64,000 bases of DNA, from positions 1-64,000 of the IMG/VR virus record IMGVR_UViG_3300009605_000020. One strand, 5' to 3'. The stretch is from a virus. The position numbers and the translations under genes are program-made. Position 1 is the first letter of the stretch; every line of letters begins with the position of its first letter. The notes under the pieces are model-generated. The model had not been told where the DNA came from and searched no databases. It saw only the letters and a list, made by a program, of their open reading frames with translations. Shown piece by piece: positions 9,172-19,246 of the stretch.

Positions 9172-9708
9172 CTATGATTGGCCCGAAGGCGAAGATTGTC
9201 CATTGGCTCCATCATTAATACCTCTAAATGTTCCTCGGCGGGCGCGTACACATTCGGCACTAACTTGGAACTTGTGGTCCACCTGGCCAAAATAATATCG
9301 CGTGTCATTAAACAATCGTACTATTTCGTAAAGTTCCTCGCCATACTGTACAAAATCGCCCGGGCGAACATATAAATTTTGGTCCGCAGTGAGTCGTTTG
9401 CGATGAAAATTAATTGTTAATTTAGTTTGATAATCATAGCTGTACTTATCATTTTTTTGCTCATTTTCTACGACCACGTAGGCATACACACGAACTGGAG
9501 GTAAAAAGGTCTTATTGACAGATTCTCCGTATAGCGGATGAAAATTAGTGGCCTCCAAATCTATAGGATAATATAATACCGTCTGACCGATAACTCTCTC
9601 GGCTAGTTCATCGTTGACTTGCTTAACAAGATCCCTTTCCTTTAGCCCAAAAAACATGGGAGGAGGAGGAGCATCAGGCTGTGTCCATTTATCGTTAGGG
9701 TTTCCCAT
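9172..9708 (-). CDS. Neck / head-closure protein (gp14-like)
   Basis: IGQTVLYYPID, HPLYGES, RPGDFVQY..ELYEIV. Downstream of the gp13-like gene. Confidence 0.7.
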   Translation of the reverse strand: MGNPNDKWTQPDAPPPPMFFGLKERDLVKQVNDELAERVIGQTVLYYPIDLEATNFHPLYGESVNKTFLPPVRVYAYVVVENEQKNDKYSYDYQTKLTINFHRKRLTADQNLYVRPGDFVQYGEELYEIVRLFNDTRYYFGQVDHKFQVSAECVRARRGTFRGINDGANGQSSPSGQS

Positions 9709-9712
9709 CTAT

Positions 9713-10978
9713 CTACCCTACATATATGCCGGCCGGAATATCGCCCAACAATTTTTCAGCATTATCGCCCAAAGTGGCATCCAGTTCGGACAGCTTAACA
9801 TAAGTAAGCTCATCGAATGTTGTTTTAAGTTCCTCTCTTAGTGCATCTTGTTCTGCTTTAGCCTGAGATAAGAGTTCGCTGTGATTTAAAGTAACGTTAT
9901 CGCCCGGAATCGGAACAGTACTAAATTTACCCCTTACTTGACCCAGCATCTCTTTTGCAAGAGCTAAAGAAAATCGTCTAATCCACTGTTTTCCGATTGA
10001 ATTAATGCTGGTATAGGCAATATTTTGGAAAGGGAGGGTGTTCATATTATTAATACCTTGAACGCCCGTTTTGCTATTTGGTTCAGACTCTTCCCATGGA
10101 CTACTATCCACAGTAAAATTAAACCAAACACTTCCAGGGTATATATTGCTCGGTTGGGGGAATATTCTTATATTGTTATTTTTAATTTCATAGGACCAGT
10201 GAGAAACACGCGTATTAAGAGCATCTTCGTATGCCATGGCCTGCAGTTTATTTTGCCATACAGGAACAATATCGAAAGTTGAATCATCAGCGTACTGACC
10301 ATAGGTTCGCAGGTTGCCTACTACAGAAAATCCGCCATAATATCCATAAAAGCGCCACATCGCATTGGGAGTTTTATAATAAACCCTTCTAATAATAATT
10401 TTTTTATTTCCCACTCTTCCGAAATATGATGCAGACGTGTCAGTTGCGGCTGACGATGAAATAATGTTCTGGAGGTCATAATCTTGTGTCCCGGTCCTAG
10501 TATTAAACGAGGCCGAATATATATTGTCGGTGCCTCCGAGGCCTGTTTCTGTGATTGCTCTGTCGCTAAACCGCCTTATATAACCATAATCAAATTTAGG
10601 ATAACGAAGCTCGATTTGAGAACCAGATAGCGCATCTCCAGTCAGAATTTGACCATCCTGATCAAACGACGCTGTCGTGTGCCCTAAAAAGCTCGAAAGA
10701 GAGTTCTTAGATTGATGCACATTAACGATATACGAGTATTCTAAAACAGCTTCTTCGTAGGATGCATAAATATTTCCCTCTGTCAGTTCAATATCTAATA
10801 CATCTCCGCCCAGTTTTTTATAAGTGTAGGCAACTTGATCTGCTGCGCCGGATAAAAACTGTGTTACAGAGGCATATATCCCAAATGGCAGCGTTGTGGC
10901 TACATTAGCTTCGGAGCCAGTAGCAGGCAAAACATTTTTATTGGTTGTCGATGCGGGTCTTAGGACTGGAAGCGCCAT
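9713..10978 (-). CDS. Neck / head-tail adaptor protein (gp13-like)
   Basis: KLGGDVLDIELT, WIRRFSLALAKEMLGQVRGKF..VPIPG..VTLN...LLSQA. Follows the major capsid gene. Confidence 0.82.
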   Translation of the reverse strand: MALPVLRPASTTNKNVLPATGSEANVATTLPFGIYASVTQFLSGAADQVAYTYKKLGGDVLDIELTEGNIYASYEEAVLEYSYIVNVHQSKNSLSSFLGHTTASFDQDGQILTGDALSGSQIELRYPKFDYGYIRRFSDRAITETGLGGTDNIYSASFNTRTGTQDYDLQNIISSSAATDTSASYFGRVGNKKIIIRRVYYKTPNAMWRFYGYYGGFSVVGNLRTYGQYADDSTFDIVPVWQNKLQAMAYEDALNTRVSHWSYEIKNNNIRIFPQPSNIYPGSVWFNFTVDSSPWEESEPNSKTGVQGINNMNTLPFQNIAYTSINSIGKQWIRRFSLALAKEMLGQVRGKFSTVPIPGDNVTLNHSELLSQAKAEQDALREELKTTFDELTYVKLSELDATLGDNAEKLLGDIPAGIYVG

Positions 10979-10993
10979 ATATAATCCTCAAGG

Positions 10994-11001
10994 TAATTAG
11001 T
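10994..11001 (-). promoter_or_regulatory. ACTAWWTA motif (ACTAATTA)
   Basis: 15 nt upstream of the neck gene start, just after the MCP terminator. Confidence 0.6.
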
Positions 11002-11017
11002 GACTCTATCATAAATA

Positions 11018-11048
11018 GAAAGCCCCAGCTCATAGAGCCGGGGCTTTC
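11018..11048 (-). terminator. Intrinsic terminator after major capsid gene
   Basis: GAAAGCCCCGGCTC-TAT-GAGCTGGGGCTTTC (14-bp stem with one G-U pair) followed by TATTTAT, about 30 nt after the MCP stop. Confidence 0.75.
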
Positions 11049-11077
11049 GGTTATTTATCCAAATAATGGACTAGATA

Positions 11078-12895
11078 TTAGCCTTGCATATCGGCTATTA
11101 CAACTAGACCATACATGTCAGGACGCACCATCTGCTTGGCGTACCGAGTCATGACACCCTTACGGGGCACGAAATCTTCGACACCAAAGATGGTGGGGGT
11201 TGTCTGGAGCGGTACGTACGGAGCGTACACATATCCGGACTCTAGGAAACTGCCTCCCCGTCGTCCAACCAAAACAACGTTTCGGAGGAAGTACGGGTCA
11301 ACATAGATGTCCCACTTCTTGGAAAGATTACCAACCTTAACAGCACCAGCAGTACCACGATCACTATCCACCGCTACATTAGCGCGGAAACCAGCCGTGA
11401 ACTCTAGGATGTTAGCAACTTCAGGTCCGCAGACAATAAAGTTGGCACCACCCCGGAGAGTCTTCCGGTGAATCTGGGCCGACACATCATTAACAGTCTC
11501 AACAAGAGTTTCATACCACTCACTTACATTACCGGTGAAATCAGCGGCAATCTCTAGAGGGGTACCAAGCTCACGATTGAGGAACGTACCAGGAGCACGC
11601 GACCAATATCGCAAACCAGCCGTAGAACCCTTAACGAGATCGTTAAGAATTTCACGGTCAATCTCTAGAGCAATCTGTTCAGATAGAATCTGAGTAAGCT
11701 CGACCTCGGCATCCAAATTGTGATAGGCATTAAGATCCTGTCCCAATTCTGGAGTCCACTTGGCCTTGAGCTTCTTGGTAATCGCGGTGACAGCCACGGA
11801 ATCGATCTGAATATCGATCTCGGGGATGAACTCACTACCTTCCAAGCCCCACTGAGCGTGACCTTCGACTGAGCCGAGGGCACCTCCGTTAACGAAGTTA
11901 TCTACCATAGGATAGGTAAAGGTAACTTGTTCGGCCTGCACACTACTAGTAATATCAACCGCTGTGAAAGCTCCCGGATATGACGCCACTACCATAAGAA
12001 GGTTAGCAGAGCCACGATCATTAATGGGGCCTCCCGCAGACGCAGAACTGAATCGCCAAAGACGACGACACAGAGTACCAGAGTTCCAAACACCGAAGCC
12101 GTTTGCAGTATTAATCTGAATAGCCGTAAGGTCATCCATATTGATATCCTCATCGTTGTTTGCATCCTGAATACCATCCGCGTTACCATCAGCGCCAACG
12201 CTGACAATAGGAACTTCGAAGACTGCAACAGTCGTTGAGCCAGAAACTAGATCCGGATCGTACGCCGTCAAGGTACCCAGAGTCTGAACCCCATCGGCGG
12301 CCGGGAATTGGTCGTCGTCACCAGCCGTTCCTCCAACGAGAACCGTGAAGGTTCCAGCTGCAGGGGGGCCGGCCGTAGTGTTAGATCCGGTCGGAGATGC
12401 ATAACCGTTGTTAAGACCATATGGTCCCTGTTCCGAAAATACGCCCGCAAGATCAACACCTTGGGTAATCTGCGAACCAACCACGTCGCCTCCGAAGAGG
12501 GATGTGTTAGCCGGATAACCGAGACGATCTGTCATCGTGCCAGTGGCACCGATATCAGGCGAAACCGTGAAGTCCAGGAAGAAGATCAGACCAGAAGGCA
12601 AGCTCATGGGCTGAACGCTAACGAGATCGTTAGCAATTAAATTGCCGAATACACGGCGAACGAGGGGGAATGCGACAGCCGCAAAACCCTCCACGTCACC
12701 AACAGCCATGCTGCTGGATTCACGAAGTAGCTCTTTTGCCTGATTTTCAAGCAAAGATGCCATTCCGTTTCGAAGGTGATCACTTTCAAGACCCTCTAGG
12801 AGACCGGTCTTTTCCCACTTGGAGATAAGAGCCGCGCCCTCTTTTGAGAGGTCTCGATTAATGATACCTTCGGTTAACTTTTGAACAATAGACAT
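11078..12895 (-). CDS. gp23: Major capsid protein (T4 gp23-like)
   Basis: LVRRVF..LIANDLVSVQPM..PSGLIF, KLKAKWTPELGQDLNAYHNLDAEVEL, EIDREI, YAPYVPL, F.PRKGVMTRYA. Strong AGGAGG SD. Confidence 0.96.
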   Translation of the reverse strand: MSIVQKLTEGIINRDLSKEGAALISKWEKTGLLEGLESDHLRNGMASLLENQAKELLRESSSMAVGDVEGFAAVAFPLVRRVFGNLIANDLVSVQPMSLPSGLIFFLDFTVSPDIGATGTMTDRLGYPANTSLFGGDVVGSQITQGVDLAGVFSEQGPYGLNNGYASPTGSNTTAGPPAAGTFTVLVGGTAGDDDQFPAADGVQTLGTLTAYDPDLVSGSTTVAVFEVPIVSVGADGNADGIQDANNDEDINMDDLTAIQINTANGFGVWNSGTLCRRLWRFSSASAGGPINDRGSANLLMVVASYPGAFTAVDITSSVQAEQVTFTYPMVDNFVNGGALGSVEGHAQWGLEGSEFIPEIDIQIDSVAVTAITKKLKAKWTPELGQDLNAYHNLDAEVELTQILSEQIALEIDREILNDLVKGSTAGLRYWSRAPGTFLNRELGTPLEIAADFTGNVSEWYETLVETVNDVSAQIHRKTLRGGANFIVCGPEVANILEFTAGFRANVAVDSDRGTAGAVKVGNLSKKWDIYVDPYFLRNVVLVGRRGGSFLESGYVYAPYVPLQTTPTIFGVEDFVPRKGVMTRYAKQMVRPDMYGLVVIADMQG

Positions 12896-12919
12896 TTTTA
12901 TATTAACCTCCTTTAAAAA

Positions 12920-13945
12920 TTATTGTTGTTTCAAACCTGCCAAACGCAGCATTCGTTCCATATTGGGATCGACTGCTGTAGAAGAATCTCCTCTTGAGCG
13001 TCTATTAGAAGACAAGAGCATTGAAGTTGTCGGTTTGCTAACTGCTTCGCGTAGTGATTCTGAACGGCGAACCTTGCGGTCACCCACTGCGCTTTGAAGA
13101 GTATCAAATAACATCTTCGTTTCTTCTATTGATGTGGCATTTCGAACAGCTTCGACAATTCTCTCTTTTTGTCGCTCATTCAAGGAGGCACTATTCAAAG
13201 CCTTGTTCTGATAAAGGAGTTTGGCATTCTCCAAAATCAAAATATTTAGTTGGTTCTTCGCTTCTCCGAGCAAAGAACATAAATCTTTAATTTCATTCTT
13301 ATATTCTTTTTCTTGTGATTCGTAAAGTTCTGCGGTTCTGTATTTTTCTTGCTCGTCGGTTACTTCTTGCGATTGGACGGCAGCCGCTGCTATTTCTGCC
13401 TCCATTTCCGACACGTGTTCAGAGGTTTCACCGCTGGCGACAGGAGCCCAGCCGTGGAGGCGAGGAGCAATATCAACTGTCAACTCTTCTGCGAGGGCGT
13501 CCACCAGCTCATCAGAAATTTCCATTTCTTCTAGGGCGCCTACTTCGGGTGCAGCTCCCATTTCTTCGGGAGCACCAAGATCTGAGGTAGCTGCTTCTCC
13601 GCCGAAGATTTCCTCGGCAGTTTCTTCTGAACTCAATAGCTCGGAGGCCTCGACATCTTCACCGGCTTCCTCTTCCGCATGGAGGCGCGCTCTTAAATCA
13701 TCAAAATCGATTTCAATCATTTCGTCGTCTTCTAGACCTTCAATACTGGCGTCCTCATGAGCTAAAGGCACATCATCCAAAAAAGATGTATCCACAGCAG
13801 GAGCTTCGTCCTGCTCTAATAGAGTATCCAGGGCGCCCTTTACTTCTTGAGAATACTTCTCTAATACAGCATTCTCAGCATTTTTTAAAGCGGCCTCTTT
13901 TAGTGCGGTAGCATCTACAATGGCCTGTTCTAGCAATGAAGACAT
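12920..13945 (-). CDS. Prohead core scaffold protein (gp22-like)
   Basis: Very acidic with a C-terminal coiled coil (NAKLLYQNK). Immediately upstream of the MCP and ends MERMLRLAGLKQQ. Confidence 0.78.
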   Translation of the reverse strand: MSSLLEQAIVDATALKEAALKNAENAVLEKYSQEVKGALDTLLEQDEAPAVDTSFLDDVPLAHEDASIEGLEDDEMIEIDFDDLRARLHAEEEAGEDVEASELLSSEETAEEIFGGEAATSDLGAPEEMGAAPEVGALEEMEISDELVDALAEELTVDIAPRLHGWAPVASGETSEHVSEMEAEIAAAAVQSQEVTDEQEKYRTAELYESQEKEYKNEIKDLCSLLGEAKNQLNILILENAKLLYQNKALNSASLNERQKERIVEAVRNATSIEETKMLFDTLQSAVGDRKVRRSESLREAVSKPTTSMLLSSNRRSRGDSSTAVDPNMERMLRLAGLKQQ

Positions 13946-13977
13946 AAATTAACTCCTACAATACATCTTGTCAATTG

Positions 13978-13985
13978 TAATTAGT
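13978..13985 (-). promoter_or_regulatory. ACTAWWTA motif (ACTAATTA)
   Basis: 32 nt upstream of the scaffold start. Confidence 0.6.
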
Positions 13986-14033
13986 TATTAAGACAAAGAA
14001 AAGACAATTTTGAATTCCTTTTTACTATTTGGG

Positions 14034-15242
14034 CTATTCATCTTCCAATTGTTGTATTCTCGCCTCTAATGATTCAATGATAAGCTGCTGTTCTTTGACC
14101 GCTTCAACAAGATGTGCCATAAAAGCATCCGGAAGTCCATATGTTAATGCGGTACCGTCTGGGATTAGGCTTTCCTCTTCACCGCAGGGCAACTTAGCCT
14201 CTCTTACAAACTCCGGAAATACCTCTTGCATCTCCTGGGCGATAAAGCCGGCCGTAGCAGCGACTCCATTATGACATTCTGGCTTTTTCCACTCGTATGC
14301 TCTACCTTGAAGTTGTTGTATTTTTGCTAGCGATCCCGTAAGGTTCACTATATTTTCCTTAAGGCGCCGATCAGATGTGGAGTTGTCCCAAGATCCTCCG
14401 CCGGGCTTTCCCGCGGTTCCAAAAATTTCAAGAGCGGTGCCATCCAGTTCAAATACCTGTTCGTGAACGCCGGCCAGGATGTCCCAAATTTGGAACGTTC
14501 CGTCGCCACCGACGGCCCCGTCTGCGTTGTAGATTAATCGTGTCATGTTGCCGGTGGTGCTACTGCCCGTCCCGAGTTCGATGCGCCCATACCCAGTATC
14601 TTGGGCGCCTATTTGAGCGACTCCAAAATCGAACCACGTCTGCTGATTTCCAAAGGTAATCCCAGAACCCGAAACCTTCATCATGATGCTGGTCATTTCA
14701 GCCGTAGTAAGCGGGTTGTCGAGGCGGCCGCCGGAGGGCGACGAATCAGTTATCCGGAAGATGTCTCCGTCCCAGAAGTCGGGGACGGATGAAGAAATGT
14801 GAAGCACGGCTTCTGGCAATGAAGTTCCGATGCCAACGAGACCAGAACCGGTAACAGACAAAATATTTCCCCCGTTGCCTTCCAGCAAGAACAAGTCCTC
14901 ATGAGTGCCCGAAACATGAAGTACGGCTTGTGGTGATTGTTCGCGGATTCCGACTGCATTATCAACGCCGCTTCCGTTAGTGCTTTTTACAATAAAATTA
15001 TTCCCATAACCATTTGTTGCAACTCTGAAGTTTGTATTTTCGGAAGCATTGCCAACAACCACTTCATCAGTGCTGTCTTCATCTAACGTTAATAATTTTT
15101 TATTCCCAACATAAAAAGTAATTTCATCTTCAACCGAAAGATCAATATAAGTGTCGGCGTCATTTAATCTTCCTATCCTATCTGATACATAGAGTTCCCC
15201 ACTAAGGTTCAGGGTTCCACTCATAAAATTATATGCCATCAA
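14034..15242 (-). CDS. Fibre/spike protein with C-terminal intramolecular chaperone (peptidase S74-like)
   Basis: VGIGTSLPEAVLHIS-type repeats, TSDRRLKENI...GFIAQEMQEVFPEFV...LVEAVKEQQ and a terminal coiled coil. Confidence 0.82.
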   Translation of the reverse strand: MMAYNFMSGTLNLSGELYVSDRIGRLNDADTYIDLSVEDEITFYVGNKKLLTLDEDSTDEVVVGNASENTNFRVATNGYGNNFIVKSTNGSGVDNAVGIREQSPQAVLHVSGTHEDLFLLEGNGGNILSVTGSGLVGIGTSLPEAVLHISSSVPDFWDGDIFRITDSSPSGGRLDNPLTTAEMTSIMMKVSGSGITFGNQQTWFDFGVAQIGAQDTGYGRIELGTGSSTTGNMTRLIYNADGAVGGDGTFQIWDILAGVHEQVFELDGTALEIFGTAGKPGGGSWDNSTSDRRLKENIVNLTGSLAKIQQLQGRAYEWKKPECHNGVAATAGFIAQEMQEVFPEFVREAKLPCGEEESLIPDGTALTYGLPDAFMAHLVEAVKEQQLIIESLEARIQQLEDE

Positions 15243-15248
15243 TTTCTC

Positions 15249-17051
15249 CTAGAATATATGCCAATTGGAAGCTGGATTGCCAGCCGTCTCTTGAAGGTTC
15301 AATAAGGTAACTGCCTGGCTGGGGGCGCCCAGAACGATCTCGTTGGCACCGTCAAATTGATTAAGTCCCGAAGAGCTGATTAATATATCAAAAGCCATGT
15401 TGTGGTGGCGCTTAATGTTGATAAGTACGCCCGGGGCCCCAGGACCTATGGTGGCCGTCAAAGGAGTAGAACCGCTAAATACCGCGTAAGTCCGCGGTGG
15501 ATTTGACATGTTAATGCTGGCTGTAACTACGATATGAATAGGGGGAGAATCGTCGCTACCACTAAAGCGCTGCTGGGCGCCCACTACCAAATCACCAAAA
15601 ACCCCCGCATCATTCTCAAATTCAGTCCAGTTCGCAGCGAATATAGTAGGCAGGCTGGAGCTAAATATTAGGATACCGTTCTCATTTTCCATCTGGGTCA
15701 GGTCAAAGCCCGGAGAGCCGGGCCCAAATGTACCGGTAGGCAGCCCCACCGTCCTTATAAAGGAACTCGATCCCAGCTGTAGAACACCCTTCAATGAGCC
15801 GGTTATGAAGCCTCCGAACATTGGTATGTCTGTACCAGTGCCGGAAATCTGCATATATCCAGCGCTTCCAGTCCCCGTTGATATCCCGGCTACAACGCTA
15901 AGGGCTCCGGAAACATAAACATCCGAAGAAGCAGTCAGAGCACCGGCGGCGCCGTCGAGCACCATGATCTCTTTCTCGTTAGAATCCTTGAATATCCACG
16001 CATTAGAAGTAACGGTGTTCATGAATCCTGCGGTGTTGCCGACGGCGTCACTGAACCTAATACGATCACCGCCGCATTCGATATTTAAATCACCGTCAGA
16101 ATGCACCCAAAGACTGTTGCCGTCCCAGTCCGCGGTGATATATCGATTCCAGGGACCACTGGGGTTGACCCACTCTATCTGGGTTGAGCCCGACATACGA
16201 ATATTGCCGGTTACATCAACTTGGGAGGCGGAGATAGAGAGAGGAGAGCAAGCTACAATGTTGCTTACTCTAAGGGTGCCGCTAGGGCAAAGATCGAGAG
16301 TACCGGAGATGGATATACCACCGCTCACCTGTATTCCGCAGCTAGCGGTTAAACTGCCTGAGACATATATGACATCTGTACAAGCGGTACCAAGTGTAAC
16401 CTGTCGATAAGCTGGCGGCGGTGAGTTATCAACTAATACTCCCGGCCAAAGATTGCCGACGAGGGCAATTGAATTTGCACCGTCGGGGCCGAAGTGAAGC
16501 CGCGTATTTGTCGCGGCCCGATTCATTATATAACCGCCCCCGGTAGAGGTACCTACTATAGCATGGCCAGCGACCTCCAGCGTTGCCTGAGGGTCGTCGG
16601 TACCAATGCCGAGCCTTCCAGGGCCCATAAAGGACGGGGCCTCCGATGCCGATACATATAAAAGCGTACCGCCGGCGCCGCCGCCATCCTTCGCATCGAT
16701 GCGGAAAATTGCGCCGTCAAATAGAGTTCCGGTAAGAGCTATGGAGCCCGTAAATTGATGAGAATCGTCAGGCGAGTCCCCGAACTTCGAATCGCCGCTA
16801 GAAGACAGATGAGTAATCGAATGATTTATAACATCATAGTTAATAGCCGTAATGGTTCCGGAAACATCTAAGTTGCCACCCAGGAACAGACGAGTATGGG
16901 GCTCGCTAATGGTGCTGCCCGTGTGGAATACGAAATTGCAGCTGCCTGTCTGGCCGCCGTCTTCAATTTTAAATTGTACTGAACCCGTGCAGCCTCCTGC
17001 ACACTTCCAGAGACCACAGATATCACACCCTACAAACGCCCAACCACTCAT
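15249..17051 (-). CDS. Gly/Ser-rich fibre-like structural protein
   Basis: GSVQF, GDSKFGDSPDDSHQFTGS and GRLGIGTDDPQATLEVAG beta-fibre motifs. Lies in the fibre cluster. Confidence 0.6.
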   Translation of the reverse strand: MSGWAFVGCDICGLWKCAGGCTGSVQFKIEDGGQTGSCNFVFHTGSTISEPHTRLFLGGNLDVSGTITAINYDVINHSITHLSSSGDSKFGDSPDDSHQFTGSIALTGTLFDGAIFRIDAKDGGGAGGTLLYVSASEAPSFMGPGRLGIGTDDPQATLEVAGHAIVGTSTGGGYIMNRAATNTRLHFGPDGANSIALVGNLWPGVLVDNSPPPAYRQVTLGTACTDVIYVSGSLTASCGIQVSGGISISGTLDLCPSGTLRVSNIVACSPLSISASQVDVTGNIRMSGSTQIEWVNPSGPWNRYITADWDGNSLWVHSDGDLNIECGGDRIRFSDAVGNTAGFMNTVTSNAWIFKDSNEKEIMVLDGAAGALTASSDVYVSGALSVVAGISTGTGSAGYMQISGTGTDIPMFGGFITGSLKGVLQLGSSSFIRTVGLPTGTFGPGSPGFDLTQMENENGILIFSSSLPTIFAANWTEFENDAGVFGDLVVGAQQRFSGSDDSPPIHIVVTASINMSNPPRTYAVFSGSTPLTATIGPGAPGVLINIKRHHNMAFDILISSSGLNQFDGANEIVLGAPSQAVTLLNLQETAGNPASNWHIF

Positions 17052-17112
17052 AATTTAATATTTCACTCCCGTTGGTAACTTACTTCTCGCGACACAAAAC
17101 CACACTTTAAAT

Positions 17113-17120
17113 TAAATAGT
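17113..17120 (-). promoter_or_regulatory. ACTAWWTA motif (ACTATTTA)
   Basis: 61 nt upstream of ATG 17051. Confidence 0.55.
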
Positions 17121-17171
17121 TGCGAACTATAGTATTGGTAGTGCTGATAGATTAAATCTTCGAATGGGTTC

Positions 17172-18080
17172 TTAATCGTGTCGTGGCCTTCTCAAAACAC
17201 GCAATTTACTAAAAATTGTAGTAAAATTCATTGTTGAGGGAGGGGCTCCAGTATAAACGCGACTACTCAACGCCACGCGTACATTGGCGGGACGTAGATC
17301 ATAAGAGGGCGCTGCTGTCGATGTTCCCCCTGGCATGTTAGATATTTGATAGCTGTAGGTCTCTTGCCGATGTGACGATACATGAAATTCCGTTGTGGTT
17401 AAGGGAGGCGGGAATGTCGTGATTTCTCCCGTGGCCGCAGAACAAATCGACGTGCATGCGGGAAAAAAAACTTGTTCGTAGAATGAAGGAAAACGCTTTC
17501 CGGATGTCTCAACACTAGTAATGGGACATCCGATGCCGCCCGGACATCCAGTCAAGCCACCGTTCCGACAGTATGCAACCGTATGGTCAGCATCCCCATT
17601 GGCATACATTCCCACCCCTATCCAGTTGCTCGTGGTGGTCGGACCGCCGAAGGTGCCGTATCCATCGTCCTTTAAAATTAGAAAGTTCCCCTGATATGCT
17701 CCATCCGCAGGTGTATAACTACCACCGGTGGACCCAGTTAATAATACTTGAAAGCAGAGGGTATCAGACGCATCATAGTCAGGGAGAATGTCGGTAACGG
17801 TGGTTTCTAAAAGCGGACAATTCATATACCCCACATACCAATTGGCGTAGGCGCCCGCATCTGCCCCATTAACAAGTATTTTTAGTCCCACACCGTTAAT
17901 AAATTCGATGCTTGTTCCGTGGGTTGCTAAATTTCGGCATAACCAATCAGTATCCTCCCACGAATAAGCAACCCCATCAGAGAAAGTGTGGGTACCGATA
18001 TGAGATGCGAAATCAAATTCTTTGACAACTTCCCAAGGTTGCGGAATTAAGGCGCCCGAAAGTCCTTTAACTGTAGCCAT
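17172..18080 (-). CDS. Putative virion surface protein, paralog of 18067-19113
   Basis: Shares WEV(V/I)KEFDF...HTF.DGV...W.CRNL...F..G.GL.I...DTLC.Q.LL and a C-terminal KLR.LRR with its neighbour. Confidence 0.65.
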   Translation of the reverse strand: MATVKGLSGALIPQPWEVVKEFDFASHIGTHTFSDGVAYSWEDTDWLCRNLATHGTSIEFINGVGLKILVNGADAGAYANWYVGYMNCPLLETTVTDILPDYDASDTLCFQVLLTGSTGGSYTPADGAYQGNFLILKDDGYGTFGGPTTTSNWIGVGMYANGDADHTVAYCRNGGLTGCPGGIGCPITSVETSGKRFPSFYEQVFFPACTSICSAATGEITTFPPPLTTTEFHVSSHRQETYSYQISNMPGGTSTAAPSYDLRPANVRVALSSRVYTGAPPSTMNFTTIFSKLRVLRRPRHD

Positions 18081-19113
18081 TCTGCGTTCTCCTAAGAATA
18101 CGTAGTTTAGTATAGGTGGTCGTAATACCTGCTGAAATATAGAAAGAAGTTCCGGGACCGACGGGGATTTCGGGGCCGGCCCACAATGTGATACCTGTGG
18201 TCATATTTATATATGAATTCGAAGGCTTAAGCGCCCACGCCGGCGTAGCTCCGGGGTTGTCCGTAATATCATTCTGTATTTGCCATGATATGGTCGCTGA
18301 GGAACGTAACGATTCCATACTAATGGGCCGTGGAAAATTTATAATGTTTTGGCCGGCCGAATTCGTATGGGCTACCGACGTCACAAACCCCGCACCAGGA
18401 ACAGCAACAATTTCCATACATCTGGGCCACTTTGTGTCTGACCCTCCTGCCCTAATACTGTCAGTCTCAAGGCCTGGTGTGGGAAACGGGACGGGAAGGC
18501 CGCCGCCCATACGCACGTGCCAACTGGCACTATGTGGGGTTATCGATGAACTCAAATACGCGCTTATTCCGCCCCAAATACCAGATTGGCCCGAACCATA
18601 GTCTCCATCAGATAATATAAATCGCGCAGATGGATTGTTGCCATCTTGAGTTGTTCCATTATATACATCCCCCGGTGATGGGGCTCCGGTCACGGTGCGG
18701 CCAATATTATTAAAAGAACTTGCGAGAAGTATTTGGTAACAAAGAGTATCCTCATCAGAGAACGAAACACCAGCTGCTGTGGCGATGTCGGACACACTGC
18801 CTTGCACAAGAGTGTCGGTCATGAGGCTAGAAATAAAGTTACTGTCGGCGCCGGTCGAGCCTGTAATAAAAATCTGGAGGCCGGTGCCCTCAATAAACTT
18901 CACATACGAATCGACGCCACCATAGGTGTTAAGATTTCTGCACGTCCAGTCAACCCCTTCAAAGGGTCGAGCAACTCCATCGACAAAAGTATGATCGGGC
19001 GCCTTTGTGAAATCAAACTCTTTAATAACTTCCCAATCGCTAGTAACTTCAACCCCGGAAAGAGTTTTTATGTCATAGATATCTACACCTGATATTTTAA
19101 ATCCCGTTGCCAT
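18067..19113 (-). CDS. Putative virion surface protein, paralog of 17172-18080
   Basis: Same shared motifs. N-terminal KISGV..IKTLSGV repeat of the kind seen in fibre-associated proteins. Confidence 0.65.
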   Translation of the reverse strand: MATGFKISGVDIYDIKTLSGVEVTSDWEVIKEFDFTKAPDHTFVDGVARPFEGVDWTCRNLNTYGGVDSYVKFIEGTGLQIFITGSTGADSNFISSLMTDTLVQGSVSDIATAAGVSFSDEDTLCYQILLASSFNNIGRTVTGAPSPGDVYNGTTQDGNNPSARFILSDGDYGSGQSGIWGGISAYLSSSITPHSASWHVRMGGGLPVPFPTPGLETDSIRAGGSDTKWPRCMEIVAVPGAGFVTSVAHTNSAGQNIINFPRPISMESLRSSATISWQIQNDITDNPGATPAWALKPSNSYINMTTGITLWAGPEIPVGPGTSFYISAGITTTYTKLRILRRTQNGYS

Positions 19114-19128
19114 TAAAGTTCCTCACTA

Positions 19129-19136
19129 TATTTAGT
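19129..19136 (-). promoter_or_regulatory. ACTAWWTA motif (ACTAAATA)
   Basis: 15 nt upstream of ATG 19113. Confidence 0.55.
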
Positions 19137-19164
19137 TCGCTGACTGGTCTCCGTCGTTATATAT

Positions 19165-19246
19165 CTATTCCAACCTCAGCGACCGAAACTTGGTGAACAC
19201 GTAAGGCAACCCCTGGTACTACCCCCTGCACGCTGGATGCTGGCAT
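19165..19246 (-). pseudogene. Collapsed remnant of a third paralog of the 17172/18067 family
   Basis: ATG one base after the upstream stop gives MPASSVQGVVP..., and another frame gives ...YVFTKFRSLRLE*, resembling the paralog C-termini IFSKLRVLRR and TYTKLRILRR. Confidence 0.45.

Noticed and set aside
17052-17171. tRNA or structured ncRNA in the larger intergenic gaps (also 19114-19247, 13946-14033)
   Set aside because: No cloverleaf or T-loop/CCA pattern is visible. Only a 6-bp palindrome (ATAGTT-gcg-AACTAT) overlaps the regulatory motif.
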